NCBI GenBank assembly: GCA_963826525.1 | Contig: CAWGXH010000005.1 | Coordinates: forward strand, 32,001-96,000 | DNA from: an uncultured Methanomicrobiaceae archaeon | Lineage (GTDB): Archaea; Halobacteriota; Methanomicrobia; Methanomicrobiales; Methanoculleaceae | DNA length: 64,000 nt | Reading direction: 5' to 3' | Shown here: positions 11,843 to 23,468 of the stretch, in pieces | Position numbering within the stretch: position 1 is the stretch's first letter | How the letters are laid out: each line of letters opens with the position of its first letter | Position numbers and translations under genes: made by a program | The notes under the pieces: generated by a model | Told to the model about the DNA's origin: nothing | What the model saw: only the letters and a program-made list of their open reading frames with translations | Databases searched by the model: none

Positions 11843-12437
11843 TTATTCTGCACCTCTCGCCCCGATGCCGTGCCAGATCACCAGAAGACCCGCATCGATG
11901 ATCTCCTCCGTAGTCATCCCCGGGCATCCCGATCCGGCGAGATCAATGATGCCGTCCGCCATCTGCACGATCAGGGGGAAGAGGAGTGCGGGCGAAATTT
12001 CTCTGAGCACGCCCCCGGCCACCGCCTCCGCACAGAGGTCATGCAGCCACAGAAAATCTGCATAGGCTCTCTCCTTCACCTCATCGCAGATATTCGGGGA
12101 ATGGTAGAAGAGGCTCGAGAAACGCCCGCTCTTCCGGGTGATCGATCCCCCATTCGATACACTTCCGAAGTCCGACCGTGATCCGCTCCCCTACTGGAAG
12201 GCCGGCATCGTCCGCCTCCCGGAGCCCGGCCGCCATCTCCTTTTTTATGGACAGGTACAACTCGCTCGTGAGGGTATTTTTATCGGTGAAGTGGTGGAAG
12301 AGCGTCCCGGTGGAGACGCCCGCCTCTCTGCTGATCTGCGCCGTCGGCGTGGCGTGAAATCCCTGTGTCGTGAAGAGATGCAGCGCCGAACGGAGGAGTT
12401 TTTCCCGTGTATCATCGCGTTTGTCCGTTTCCGACAT
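11843..12437 (-). CDS. TetR/AcrR family regulator (frameshift ~12110)
   Basis: HTH LLRSALHLFTTQGFHATPTAQISREAGVSTGTLFHHF; C-terminus continues in ORF 11843-12079. Confidence 0.85.
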
Positions 12438-12439
12438 GG

Positions 12440-13440
12440 TCACTCTTTCTGCCGGCGAGAGAACATCATCTTCACGAGCGGCGTCATCAGTTTCGTCGAA
12501 AGGCCGTCAAGGTCCTGTGCGACCTTCTTCTGTTCCTCGGGGATTGCAATTCTCTGGGGACATACACCGGCATATCTGCCGCAGTTTCGGCAGAGGGAGG
12601 CGTTCGACGGATTTTCGTCAAAGCCGACAACCTGAGCGATGTAAAATCCTCGTGTCAGTATCCGGTTGCCGGCCATGTGCTACTGGTTGTCGAAGTGGAA
12701 GCACTGCGGGATGTTGACCCCCCCGAACGGACAGGGCATGCAGTAGGCACATCCCGTGCGGGAACCCGTATCTGTTTTTTGTACGAGGCGGCCGCCGCAT
12801 CGACCACGGCACGCTCGGCATCGTTCAGGGGACCGGGCAGCGCATCCTCACAGGCCCGATGTTTTCGGCAATATGACCTTCATCATTCATGCCGGAGAGG
12901 ACGACCATAACCTCGGGGTGACCGAAGACCCGAGCGGAGCGCCCATTCCGCCGGGGATCGGGAAATTCCGGAACTGTCGTAGATCGCCTGCACCTCTTTC
13001 GGCAGGTTGCCGGCGGGCATCCCTCCCCGCAGGGGCTCCATGATCATAACGCCGAGATTCTTCGAAGCGGCATAGGCAAGGCCCTCTCGTCCCGCCTGTT
13101 TCTCCTCATCGAGGAAGTTATACTGGATCTGGCAGAAGGGCCAGCCGTAGGCGTCGACGATCTCCCGGAAAGTTTTCCGGTCGCCATGAAAGGAGAACCC
13201 GATGTTCGTGATCTTTCCCGCGTCCCGTGCAGATTCCAGAAATGCAAAAACATCCAAGTTCACGCAGTTTTTTCCAGGACTTCGCGTCAAGCGAGTGGAG
13301 AAGATAGTAGTCGATGCAATCGGTCAGGAGCCTTCTCCTCTGAAGATCGAAGATCCTGTCCATGTCCTCCCGGGTTTTGACATGCCAGGGAGTAATTTTG
13401 AGGGGGTGCAATCCCTTACCGGCGTTGCGATCGGCCGTCT
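12440..13440 (-). pseudogene. Decayed aldo/keto reductase with C-terminal 4Fe-4S domain
   Basis: Fragments LLTDCIDYYLLHSL, GKITNIGFSFHG, CQIQYNFLDE, MIMEPLRGG, CLLHALS region and CRNCGRYAGVCPQRIAIP (Cys lost) across several frames; N-terminus missing. Confidence 0.85.
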
Positions 13441-13797
13441 ATAGTAGGCTTCTGCGGGGGTCGTTTCTTCGGTGAATTCTGCCGGAATTGCGGGTATCTG
13501 TACGTGTTGCTTAACCGGCATTCCGGCATGCGTATCGCTTTACCGAGGCTCTGTGAAATAATTAACATCTCCGATGGCCATGCGTTTTTAAAAAGAGTCC
13601 CTGGGTACCCAGGGAGACAAAATTATGGTTATTTGAGACCCTATTCTCCCTTTCAATCATTCCAGCCTTCGCGTCATGGAATGCCGGAAAGGCTAAAATA
13701 ATATGATCGGGTATAAGCGGCTCCGACGGCGGCTCACGGTTCCTCTCTTGCGGGTATCTTCAGCAAATTCCCTGGCCGTTGTCAAGGAGGATTGATT

Positions 13798-14982
13798 ATG
13801 AGATTATATCGTGGTCTGATTTTGGTGGCAGTCGCGGTTCTCTTCTTCGGCGTTGCGGCATCGGCCCAGGAAGCAGGAAATGCAACCGAATCAAACAGTG
13901 TGGCCCCTGCTCCTGCCTCAGTCGGAGCAGATGTACCCCTCACCTACTTTGGCCCTGCTCCCTCGACCTTCGATCCCGAGCTGGTCGGTCCAAACCAGCT
14001 GTTACGAGCCGGAACGATGGACCTTGAGGCCAGCACCATCACCCTGCCGCTGTACGAAGGCCAACTGGCAGACGGCAGAAAGGTCTGGTACATACTCACG
14101 GATACGGACAATAAAGGGAATGCGGATGCTCTGGGTTTGAACTGGGCACCCAAGTTAACGTATACGGACGTTGGCCGGGGAGCAAGAACGGCAACGCTGG
14201 AACAGAATGCAACATTAACTTTTGAGAACGGAACCGTCGATTTCGGGCCTGAACGTATGGTAGTGCCCGGGCCGGCTCCGAATGCCTTCCCGCCCACGAA
14301 TGCCACGCCCGGATCGGTGGGAGACGAATATTACAGCCCTCTGGTCCGCATTGTGAATGCCGGCGGCGCTATCTATAACGCACCCATGATAGCCTTCAAC
14401 GTTTCCCGTGAGGAACTCAACTTCTCCAACGGAACTCCTGATTACAGCATCGTGCACGATAAGGTAGTCGGCATCGATCTGACCAACAATACCGTCACGA
14501 TCGCACTCACGCAGGGATTCAGTTTCGCCAAACCCGTACTCTACCTGAGCACCGACGCCAGCGTTCCTCTTGCAGCCGCCCTCGAAGGTGCAACCTATGC
14601 ACCGGCACTCGGCAGCATTCCGGTCGGTGGGGATGACAGCGCTTTCAGCGGTGTAGAGAGAATCTTTGTATTCACCAACGGGCCGACCGGTGTGGACAAC
14701 CCCCAGCGGCAGGGATTGAACAGCGCTCTGCTGGACAACCGTTCGCCCCTGAATGTCTTCGGCGGTATTCCTACCGTTGCCAACGATTACAGCCCCCTCT
14801 GGGACATGAACCTCGGTGAGTGGACGAATGCGTCCATCGAAAATGGATATCGGTCGCGGTTGACGGAAGAGTTCCAGATCCTGGGATTTGTTCAGGACGG
14901 ATATATCACCGGGCCAGGCGGGGCGCCGTACGGCTCGGTCGGCATCATCGTGAACTGTCCGATTGCTTACCGGTTCCTCTGA
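13798..14982 (+). CDS. Secreted hypothetical protein with YSPL/YSPLW motifs
   Basis: Signal peptide MRLYRGLILVAVAVLFFGVAASA, AGGAGG RBS, intact 394-aa ORF, several NxT/S sequons, followed by a T-tract. Confidence 0.8.
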   Translation: MRLYRGLILVAVAVLFFGVAASAQEAGNATESNSVAPAPASVGADVPLTYFGPAPSTFDPELVGPNQLLRAGTMDLEASTITLPLYEGQLADGRKVWYILTDTDNKGNADALGLNWAPKLTYTDVGRGARTATLEQNATLTFENGTVDFGPERMVVPGPAPNAFPPTNATPGSVGDEYYSPLVRIVNAGGAIYNAPMIAFNVSREELNFSNGTPDYSIVHDKVVGIDLTNNTVTIALTQGFSFAKPVLYLSTDASVPLAAALEGATYAPALGSIPVGGDDSAFSGVERIFVFTNGPTGVDNPQRQGLNSALLDNRSPLNVFGGIPTVANDYSPLWDMNLGEWTNASIENGYRSRLTEEFQILGFVQDGYITGPGGAPYGSVGIIVNCPIAYRFL

Positions 14983-15215
14983 GCAACAGACCCGGACAAC
15001 CCCTTTTTTCCGGTTCTCGCCCGGTGCCGTCACGTCAGGTAGTGCGAGGAGCCTTTTTGAGTACCTCCATCCCCGGGTCTTCCTTCTCTTCTCCTCCCCT
15101 GGCGATACGGAGAAAACGGACACGGATGGATCGAGCACCGTGCCTGGCAACGTGACTACTCACCCTACTACTGTAAAAGCCCCTTCGGTTCTTTCATGCC
15201 GTGCCGATGAGGAGT

Positions 15216-15626
15216 TTATTTCCACTCCCACGTCTTGTCCCGGATCGTCCCGTCGGGGGCGATCTCAACCTCGAAGACCAGCGCCACATTGTTGAGCCGG
15301 CTCAGGGCGGGCGACGTGGTCTGAAGATACCGGACTCCCCGCATGCTCCACCCGGGGCCTTTGCTCGGAACGCTGATCCCGGATCCGTACACGATGGCCT
15401 TTTCTCCGGTGCTCGTCATCACGATCCCGCTGCCTTTCGAGAACACGCCGCCCTGAGGGCGATCCTCGGACCAGAACGTGGCAATAATGGTCACTTCGAT
15501 GCCGAGCATCGTTCCCTTCGACTCCGTGGTCCTTTCGAGTTTCGGTTCTCCCCCATAATGGCGGACAATACGCTGTCCGATCACGGTGCCTGTCACTTCT
15601 GCGATCATCTCACCGATCATGCTCAT
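15216..15626 (-). CDS. Hypothetical protein (beta-rich)
   Basis: Intact ORF with plausible composition, MIGEMIAEVTG...KTWEWK; AT-rich box upstream. Confidence 0.7.
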   Translation of the reverse strand: MSMIGEMIAEVTGTVIGQRIVRHYGGEPKLERTTESKGTMLGIEVTIIATFWSEDRPQGGVFSKGSGIVMTSTGEKAIVYGSGISVPSKGPGWSMRGVRYLQTTSPALSRLNNVALVFEVEIAPDGTIRDKTWEWK

Positions 15627-15760
15627 CGCCGGGCGTGTCAGGCACGTCAACGGGGATAAAGTTATCTTCGCAGATCCCCCTGCCGCGGGGATCGGGCACT
15701 CTTCCTATAGTCAATGCATTGCTGGCGGGTTTTTTTCGGGTTCGCATGAACCGCAGACGC

Positions 15761-16895
15761 TCATCCTGCCTCTCCCCCGTCCCCTCCGTCTTCGGGAGGA
15801 AACATCATCACCCTGCGGGTGGCGTAGTATCCGGCCAGGGCGGCGATGACGACGATGATCAGGACCTCCCACTGCAGGAAGACGAGCGCCACGATGGGGA
15901 TCACCGCGGCCGGCATCTTCAGTACGCAGATGATCATTCCTGCCATGACGGCGGGGACGGCGACGGTGAGTGGAATGAAGGGGAAGAGGGCGCTGACGGC
16001 AAGGCCGAGCGAGCCCCCCGCAAAGATCAGGGGGAAGATGGGTCCGCCCTTGAAGAGCGTTGCCATGCACCACGTGCTGGCGAGGATCTTCACCGCGACG
16101 AGCAGCAGCAGCACGATCGCACCGGTGGTCGCACCCGCGTCGAGAACGGTCTTGAACTCATTCTGGCCCGAGAAGAGCACGAGCGGAAAGATTGTTCCGG
16201 CGATGCCGAGGCCTACGCCCCCGGCAACTCCCCTGATCAGGTATCGCCCGGCGAGGGGAGAGAGCAGCCGGCTGAAGAAGTGAAACGACATAATGAACAG
16301 GACTCCCGCCGCCGCACCGGCGAGGCCGAGGATCACGGCGTAGAGCAGGTAGAGCGGGAGGAACTCCCCGAGCGGGGGAACGGGGTACAGGGCGCCGCCG
16401 GTTGTCCGGTTGATAAAGAGGTAGAGCCCGAACCCGGCCAGGCTTCCGAAGATACCGATGGTCGCCAGCGTCCGTACCCGGTTCTGCAGCCGGTCGCCTG
16501 CCAGGGTTCCCATGCTCCCGCCCATATCGATGGCGGCCACCTCGGGCCCGAGACTTGCCCCGAAGACCAGGGAGAGGTAGATGGAGAGCAGCCCGGCGGG
16601 AAGGTACCGGGGCTCGAACCGGCCGGTCTTCCGGAACTCCGTGAGGCTCTGCTGGAGCAGCAGCACGTGGTCGCCGAAGACGTGCAGGCACAATCCCACC
16701 ACCAGGCCGCCGGCGGTCGTAAGGATCAGGGTGAAGAAGGGAATGGGAGGAGTCTCCGGCCAGAGGAGCCCCTCTCCCGCGGTACTGCACCGCAAGAAAG
16801 ATCATCATCCCTCCTACGGCCACCACAGCGAGCAGGGCGGCGACGAGCACGAACCGGAGGAATTCCCGGTCGGCGAGTTTATAGGATACCGTCAT
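15761..16895 (-). CDS. ClC-family chloride channel protein (YfeO-like), frameshift ~16780
   Basis: GASLGPEVA, LFSGQNE, KGGPIFP motifs; many TMs; N-terminus in ORF starting at 16895 after GGAGG. Confidence 0.85.
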
Positions 16896-17104
16896 TCTCC
16901 GTCCTCCTTTGGGCGGCCTGCCCCGGTTCCGCCGTGCAGGGTTGGGGCTGCTGTCATAGGGGGGTCCACGTTCCCCTCATTGATCGGACTGATATATATG
17001 TCGACCGCGAAGCGAGTCGCGTTGGCGGGCATCGCCCTATCGATTACCGTGCCCGGCGGGGATACCGGCGAGGGGAAAAGGGAAGGGATCCGGATTGGGA
17101 GCGG

Positions 17105-17524
17105 CTACGGGAGCCGCTCCCAGAGCATGGCATAGATGACGCCGATGAGCGGAAAACCGACGATGCCGAAGAGAAGGTTTTCAAAGTAGAATCCGGCCGG
17201 GTAGTTCATCGATGTAAAGGTGATAAAGACGTTCGGCACCGTATAGATGAGGAAGAGTGCCGCACCGAAGGTCGCACCTTTGCTATTCGGCGAACCCCGC
17301 AGCGAGCCATGCACCAGATCGAAGACGACGGCCGCCGCAAACGACAGGATAAACGGGGAGGCGAAGAAGAACAGCATCAGCGGATCGTCGGCCGGACGGA
17401 TGCCGCCCAGCGTGAAGATATCATAGGGGGCGGCGGCCAGTACAATCGCCGAGACGACGAAGTTCACGACGAAGAGGATCATGCCGCCGATGAATCCTCC
17501 TGCAAGGATATTTTTCGCATTCAT
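17105..17524 (-). CDS. Hypothetical 4-TM membrane protein
   Basis: Four hydrophobic segments, intact 139-aa ORF. Confidence 0.75.
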   Translation of the reverse strand: MNAKNILAGGFIGGMILFVVNFVVSAIVLAAAPYDIFTLGGIRPADDPLMLFFFASPFILSFAAAVVFDLVHGSLRGSPNSKGATFGAALFLIYTVPNVFITFTSMNYPAGFYFENLLFGIVGFPLIGVIYAMLWERLP

Positions 17525-17653
17525 GGATGTTCACGGGACGGATCTCTCTTTGGATGCCTCAAAATGTTTCTTTTTTAATCCGGCGGCGATACTTGCCGTA
17601 TCAAAAGATACGCGAACCGGTTGCCGCCGTCGCGGGAAGGAGATGGCATGCAC

Positions 17654-18624
17654 TCACCCGAAGATCAGCATCGCGAACGGTATCGTCACCAGGCTGACGA
17701 GGTAGGTTGCAATCACGGAGAGCTGCTGCAAGCGGCCCGTCGCAGCCGTAGCGGCTGGCGAGAACCGCCGCAATCGCACCGGACGGCATAGCCGCCTCGA
17801 GGAACAGAACCTGCTGTGCGAGCAGCGGAAAACCGATTGCGTATGCCCCGCCCAGTGCGAGGGCAGGCTGCAGGATCATCTTGACGAATACGACCAGCCC
17901 GAGGAGCGGGAGGAATGCCTTTACCTTCAGGGGACGGAGCATGAGGCCGATGGCTATCCAGACCAGCAGTTCGAGGGAATGGTTGATCACCGAGAAGAAT
18001 CCCGTGAACACGTCGGAGAATGCGCCTGCTCCCGGGATGTGAAAACCTGACAATGATGGCGGATGCGATGAGGCCGAGGAGAAAGGCGATGAAGATGGGC
18101 GTGGCCAGGAATTCCTTGAGCGTCGTGATGATACTGTGACCCTGCTTCTCTTCGTCCATGCCGAAATACTCTGCAACTATCACGCCGATGGTGAAGAAGG
18201 GGATCGCAACGCCGAAAGTGCCGCCCACCAGCCCCTGGGCCACCGCTACGCTCTCTGCCCCGTAGGCGGCAATGATGAGCGGGGCGGCAAAGGTCGCGGT
18301 GCTGCCGAACGCGGCTACGATAACGACGGAACCGGTCGTCTTCGACGGGAGCCCGAGCGCCCGGCAGCCCCCGTACGCCACGATACCGGAGAGGATGATG
18401 GCCAGGAACAGGATGCCTGCGGTGACCATCCACTCCGGCCGGAAGGTCATGGTTGCAAGGCTTGAGAAGATGACGGCGGGAAGTGCGAGCTCGGTGACGA
18501 GACGGTCGAAGACCGGCTGGTGGCTGTCGTTAAAGACTCCTCTCCGTTTGAGGACCCGGATAATCAGAACGATAAGAATGAAGGTAATGACGAACTGGTA
18601 CAGGAGAGTGTTTATCTCCGTCAT
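17654..18624 (-). CDS. AEC (auxin efflux carrier-like) transporter, frameshifted
   Basis: RLVTELALPAVIF, FGSTAT, TPIFIA, EAAMPSG...ASRYGCD; frame changes near 18040 and 17720. Confidence 0.85.
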
Positions 18625-18714
18625 GGCAGCATCCGCCTCGTTTTTCGTGTGTGCAGCATCGTTGGGTTCATGTTTATGTTCCGGCTGGTATGGACTCTGG
18701 TTCTCACGTTCGGC

Positions 18715-19669
18715 TCAGATAACCAGGAAGGATATGAGCGGGATGGTCACGAGGCTCACGAGGTAGGTTGCAATCACCATATTCGAGGCAAGCGGCCCGT
18801 CGCAGCCGTACCGGTCGGCGATGACCGCTGCAACCGCCCCGGAGGGCATCGCAGCCTCGATCACCAGGATCTCTACGGGGAGGGCCGCGAGCCCCGCGGC
18901 TGAAGCTCCGCCGAGGACGAGCAGGGGCTGGAGGATCATCTTGAGAGCGACGATGATACCGAGCACCGCAAGGAAACTCCTGACCTGGATTGGCCGCAGC
19001 ATAAGGCCGACGGTTATGGCGACCAGCATCTCGAGCCCGTCGCGTAAAATACCCGAAGAAGTTCACCGCAAAATCGGAGTTCATGAACGCCGATGCCGGC
19101 GGTATCTGTGCGACGATCAACCCGAGGAGGAATGCGATAAAGATGGGAGACTTGAGGAAGTTTATGACGACCGGTCGTATCTCGGGCTTCGCCGTTCCCT
19201 CCCTGCTCCCGAAGTAGGCTGCAATCAGGACGCCGATGGTAAAGAACGGGATGCAGACTCCGAACTCTCCGACGACGATCCCGAAGATCATTCCCTCGCT
19301 GTCAAGCCCGTAGGTCTGGCTGATGAGGGGGTATGCAAGGGTGGAGGTGCTCCCGAACCCTGCGAGCAGCACGATAGAACCGGTCGTCCGGTACGAAAGA
19401 CGCATTGCCCTGCATATAAGATAGGCGATGCCGCAGCAGGTGAGGATGGCTCCGAGCATGATGCCGGCGGAGAGGATCTGGTCGGGTGTGATGGAACTGA
19501 CGGCGAGCGTGGAGAAGATAGTCGCGGGGAGCGCAAGCTCGGTGATCAGCCGGTTGAAGACCGGTTGGTGGCTGTTATTGAAGATCCCCTGCCGTTTTAG
19601 AACCTGGATGAAAACAACCAGGAGGAAAAATATCGTGACCGACTGCAGGAGCAGGTTCAGGTGATCCAT
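18715..19669 (-). CDS. AEC family transporter (tandem paralog), frameshift ~19045
   Basis: RLITELALPATIF, SPIFIA, EAAMPSG...ADRYGCDGPLAS. Confidence 0.87.
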
Positions 19670-19955
19670 GATACGTCAATCTAATGCACGTATTCGGTAT
19701 TTCCCGTTATAAATATATCGAGATCGGCTCCTCCGTAGAATCCTTCTTCCGGAAAAATCAGAGAGATGCGCTGTAAAGAGGGAGAATAGACGGTGCAGGT
19801 AGCCTTAACGCGGCCGTGAAAACCCTGCAGAAAAAGACGCTTCCGCTGGTCAGAGCCGGATACCGTCGCTATATTTTCTGGAGCCCTAGGACTCCCCACG
19901 GTTAATCTCACGTTCGGTTGGAGTGCTCTGTATCTTTTTGTCCGCAGTCGGCGAG

Positions 19956-21312
19956 TCAAACCCCCGGGCTGCCCGAAGCGATCTTCCGGAGGCGTGAACC
20001 GGAACGCCGCCCCTTCCTCCGGGCGGCCCGGCACCCGATCCTCCGCCCAGATGGCACCGCCGTAGCGCTCGATGAGTACCTGCACGAGATAAAGCCCGAG
20101 TCCTTCACCGACGCCCCGTTTCTTCTGCTCGTACCGGTGGAAGACCGCCTGCTTATCCGCGTCGGGGATCCCCGGGGCCGGTATCCTCGACCGAGACCCG
20201 GACGAACTCGTCCTCTTCTTCCACCCGGATGACAACCTCGACATCGGGGCCGCCGAACTTGACGGCATTGCCGATCAGGTTCGCGAAGACCTCCGAGAGG
20301 AGGTCGTCGGCCCAGACCTGGCGGTGGGCCATATCGTAATGGATGATCTTCTCGGGGAATTGTGCGATCTCCTCGCGGATAACTTATCCAGATCCACGCG
20401 CTTGTGTCCGCCGGATGGCTGATGGATCCGCCGGATCGTGGAGACGTTACGGAGGATCTCAATGCTTTTCCGGATACTTCGCTGCAGTTTCTCCGTGTAT
20501 CGTCCGTGCATCTCCGTCCTGGGTCTCGATAAGCAGATCGGTATAGAGGTTCGAGACGTTCTCGGTGTTGCGGATATCGTGGGTGAGGATATCGAGGTAC
20601 AGGTTCGCCTCGCGGTTCGCCGAACCGAGTTGCCGGTGGAGCCGGGCAAGGTCGTCCGTGTGGCGCCGGAGCGCTTCCTCGGCCTGCTTCCTCTCGGTGA
20701 TATCGGTGAACATGGCAAAGGATCCGGCAAATCTGCCGTCCCCGTCCCTCTGGGCGGTGGCAGAGACCAGAACCCACCTGATAGCTGCCGTCCCTGTGCC
20801 GGAGGCGGCACTCATATCTGCCGCCAAGACCCTGCTCTCTCTCCGCCATGCGGCTTCGGTGATTGTCGAGTTCTTCCGTAAAAAGAAAGTCGGTTACCGG
20901 CCGGCCGAGCATCTCCTCGACCGAATAACCGAGCATCCCGGCCATTTTCTGGTTGACGTAGGTGGTCGTGTAAGCGGCTGTCTATCTGCAGGATGCCCTC
21001 GTTCGCCATCTCTACGATGGAGCGGAACTTCTCCTCACTCTTCTGCAGGGCTTCCTCCGTCTCTCTCCGCTCGTTCGCTTCGGCTACCAGCATCGTGAGG
21101 AGGGCCTGCTGTTTGCGGAGGGCGAAGTATGCAGCGGTCGTGGCGAGCAGGGTGGTGAAGATGACGGTATGCAGGTGCGAGTCCGCGAGCGACTGATCTC
21201 GGGATAGAGATAGTCCTTGATGAACTGGTAGATGCTCATCAGGGCGAAGGTGAAGACCCCCACCTTTCCGAGCGTGAGATACAGGCTGACGGGTTGAGAC
21301 TCTCTTATTCAT
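19956..21312 (-). CDS. Membrane-anchored PAS sensor histidine kinase, multiple frameshifts (possible pseudogene)
   Basis: TM segment, SEEKFRSIVEMANEGI PAS, ANREANLYLDILTHDI H-box, FHRYEQKKRGVGEGLGL; spread over at least 5 frame segments. Confidence 0.8.
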
Positions 21313-21557
21313 GCGCGCCCCACGGGGAAGTAGTGCAGTATTTCCTGCGTAGCGTGATACCATCGATGTATCGGGGATTTCATGTAATACCGGAACCTGA
21401 CGGGATCACTGCCCTGAAAATCCTCTTCTGCCGACTCGTTTCGGATAGAGAGGATCGGAACCGGAGAAATCCGTCTCGACCCTCTCTCGATCGCATTCTC
21501 TCCCGCGATACAATAAAATTTCCCCGGCGGTCAGGGTTTTCGGTGAAGAGTGCCGAG

Positions 21558-21963
21558 TTACAGAATGCCTATCCGGGTACCCGGGGAAACCGGCCGATAC
21601 CCCGCGATGCTCTCTGCCCTGCAGACGGCACTGACGAGCGGCTTCACGACCTCTGCCGTATCGTTCCGTGCTGCAAATCCGAGCGTGATGATACATTCAC
21701 CGCCCTCAGGGAGCGCGACACTGCAGGCTCAGATCGACGAGGTGGTATCCCTGCTCCGGTAACCGCCTGCTCTCGGAGAGGAGGAATCGGTCTGCGTTTT
21801 GACCGGTGTTACGAAGCATTTCCCGTCCACGTTGCAGAGGTCGTACGCCGAAGGCAGTTCTTCAAGGACCTGGGCACGCTGCCCCGGTGCCGTTCAGCAG
21901 AAAGATCCCAGAGGCAAAGAGTATGGCTCCGATGAGAAATGCGGCGAGGATCCGAAGATCCAT
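21558..21963 (-). pseudogene. Internally deleted papain-family (C1A) protease / lectin-like surface protein remnant
   Basis: Signal peptide MDLRILAAFLIGAILFASGIFLL, then LPSAYDLCNVDGKCFVTPVKTQ (C1A mature N-terminus), then directly GYHLVDL...; catalytic core absent. Confidence 0.6.
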
Positions 21964-22034
21964 ATCAAAAATACGCCATTCTCCTTCGCTGCCCTGCAGG
22001 GAAAATGGGGTGAAGTGTTAGCGATCCGCAGTAG

Positions 22035-22880
22035 TCAGACTGATACTGAAGCACTCGGCACTGCCAAGATCGCTATCGAAGTCCGCCGTATAGGAGACGA
22101 GCGCCGGGTTACTGCCCGACCAGCCTGAAGACGGCGGCGTCGTCGGGCAGGGGCGGATCCATCGGTGCATCGACGTCCTTCTGGATGACATGCCTGACCT
22201 GGTCTAGATTCGCGGCGTTCACCTTCCTCCTTGAACGCTGTTCGGTTCTCGTCGGAGGTGGAGGAACCAGTCTGCCGCTTCCGCGACCGTCGGGTCGCAC
22301 GGAACCCACTCGTAGCCGGCAGGGAGGTACTCGGCCAAGAAGTGCGTGCCGGGAGCATCGGCGACCGGCAGAACGCGGCGAAGAGCATGCTCTGCGTCCC
22401 GCAGTCGCCGTGGCCGGTCTCGAACATATACGTGGACTCCGCGACCTTCGGCTCCCGGGCGTCGAGCGAACCGTGCGGGGCGTGGCTGTAGGGATAGCTT
22501 CCGATGATATAGTGATCTGATCGTCTTCGCCCGGAGGTGCGGGTTCGTGCTACGTTCCCGACGATCTCTGAGGGCCTTCTCCCGGATTGCGTCCGTTATC
22601 TCGATGTTTCGCTCTGATTGCGTGTAGAGGCGCTACTCGGGATCGGCGTGTCGTACCTCCCGACCAATTCGGGGCTATGTCGAACCGCTGCTCATTCTCC
22701 AGGTGAACGCGATCTCCGCCGTGATGGTCAGCCGGCACCTATATGGCAGAGATCGGCCTTCGCTACCTCACTATCCCGATCATCGCCGTCGGGATCGGGT
22801 ATGCGGCAGAGCAGGCGGTGCGAGGGATGGGATAACCTCCCCTGCAAGCGCTTATCACCGCCTACGTCCATACGGCCGGA
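22035..22880 (-). pseudogene. Decayed transglutaminase-domain protein
   Basis: GHGDCGTQSMLFAAFCRS and WVPCDPTVAEAADW motifs in different frames, with in-frame stops and deletions. Confidence 0.75.
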
Positions 22881-22885
22881 CCGCC

Positions 22886-23419
22886 ATGCCTCCCTGCAGG
22901 GACATCTTCGACTGCGAGATGCGTATCCGCTCAAGCGACCATGAGATCGCCTGCATCTTCGAGGACTACGAAACGCTCCTGAAAGGCGGGATCACGCAGC
23001 ATTACATCTTCGGTGTCGGGTTTACCGAGGAGGAGTTCGCGCTGATGCGGCAGAAGATCCTGACCCACAACCATACCGGGCCGTATACGAACTCGTTCTC
23101 GCTCGGGGACGTGCTGAAGGCTGCCGAGGCAGACCTCCGGGAGATCCGGGTGGTCGGGCGGCGGTTCACGTTCTCGATGAAGCCGGGCGGTGACGGGTGG
23201 CCGCCGCCGGAGGCGATCCGGGAGCGGTATCGGGAGATCGAGAACGATTACCGCTTTTACCTGGAGTTCCGGCTCCGGTATCTCGCGGTCGCCCGCAGGG
23301 AGGGTATCCCGGAGAAAGAAGATGCCCGTCTCTTCAACCACCTGATCTGGGAGCGTCTCTCCCGGGAGATGGGTCTTTCATATACGCGGCAGGACTGGCC
23401 GGTACCGGGGGAAAAATAA
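22886..23419 (+). CDS. Hypothetical protein with JAB/MPN-like motif
   Basis: E(IACIF)...ILTHNHTGPYTNSFSLGD...EIRVV matches the E...HxH-x7-S-x2-D pattern. Confidence 0.6.
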   Translation: MPPCRDIFDCEMRIRSSDHEIACIFEDYETLLKGGITQHYIFGVGFTEEEFALMRQKILTHNHTGPYTNSFSLGDVLKAAEADLREIRVVGRRFTFSMKPGGDGWPPPEAIRERYREIENDYRFYLEFRLRYLAVARREGIPEKEDARLFNHLIWERLSREMGLSYTRQDWPVPGEK

Positions 23420-23468
23420 GTTAAAATCTGGCTCTTTAATCTCCTGCCGGAAATAATGGTGATACCTG

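Noticed and set aside
16900-17060. Fluoride riboswitch upstream of the ClC gene
   Set aside because: Only a partial GGCGATG...CGCC match, upstream of the TATA-like box, lacking the conserved 3' element; ClC lacks the GREGT motif of fluoride exporters
15635-17578. 647-aa plus-strand ORF
   Set aside because: Antisense to ClC and a membrane protein; no recognisable motifs
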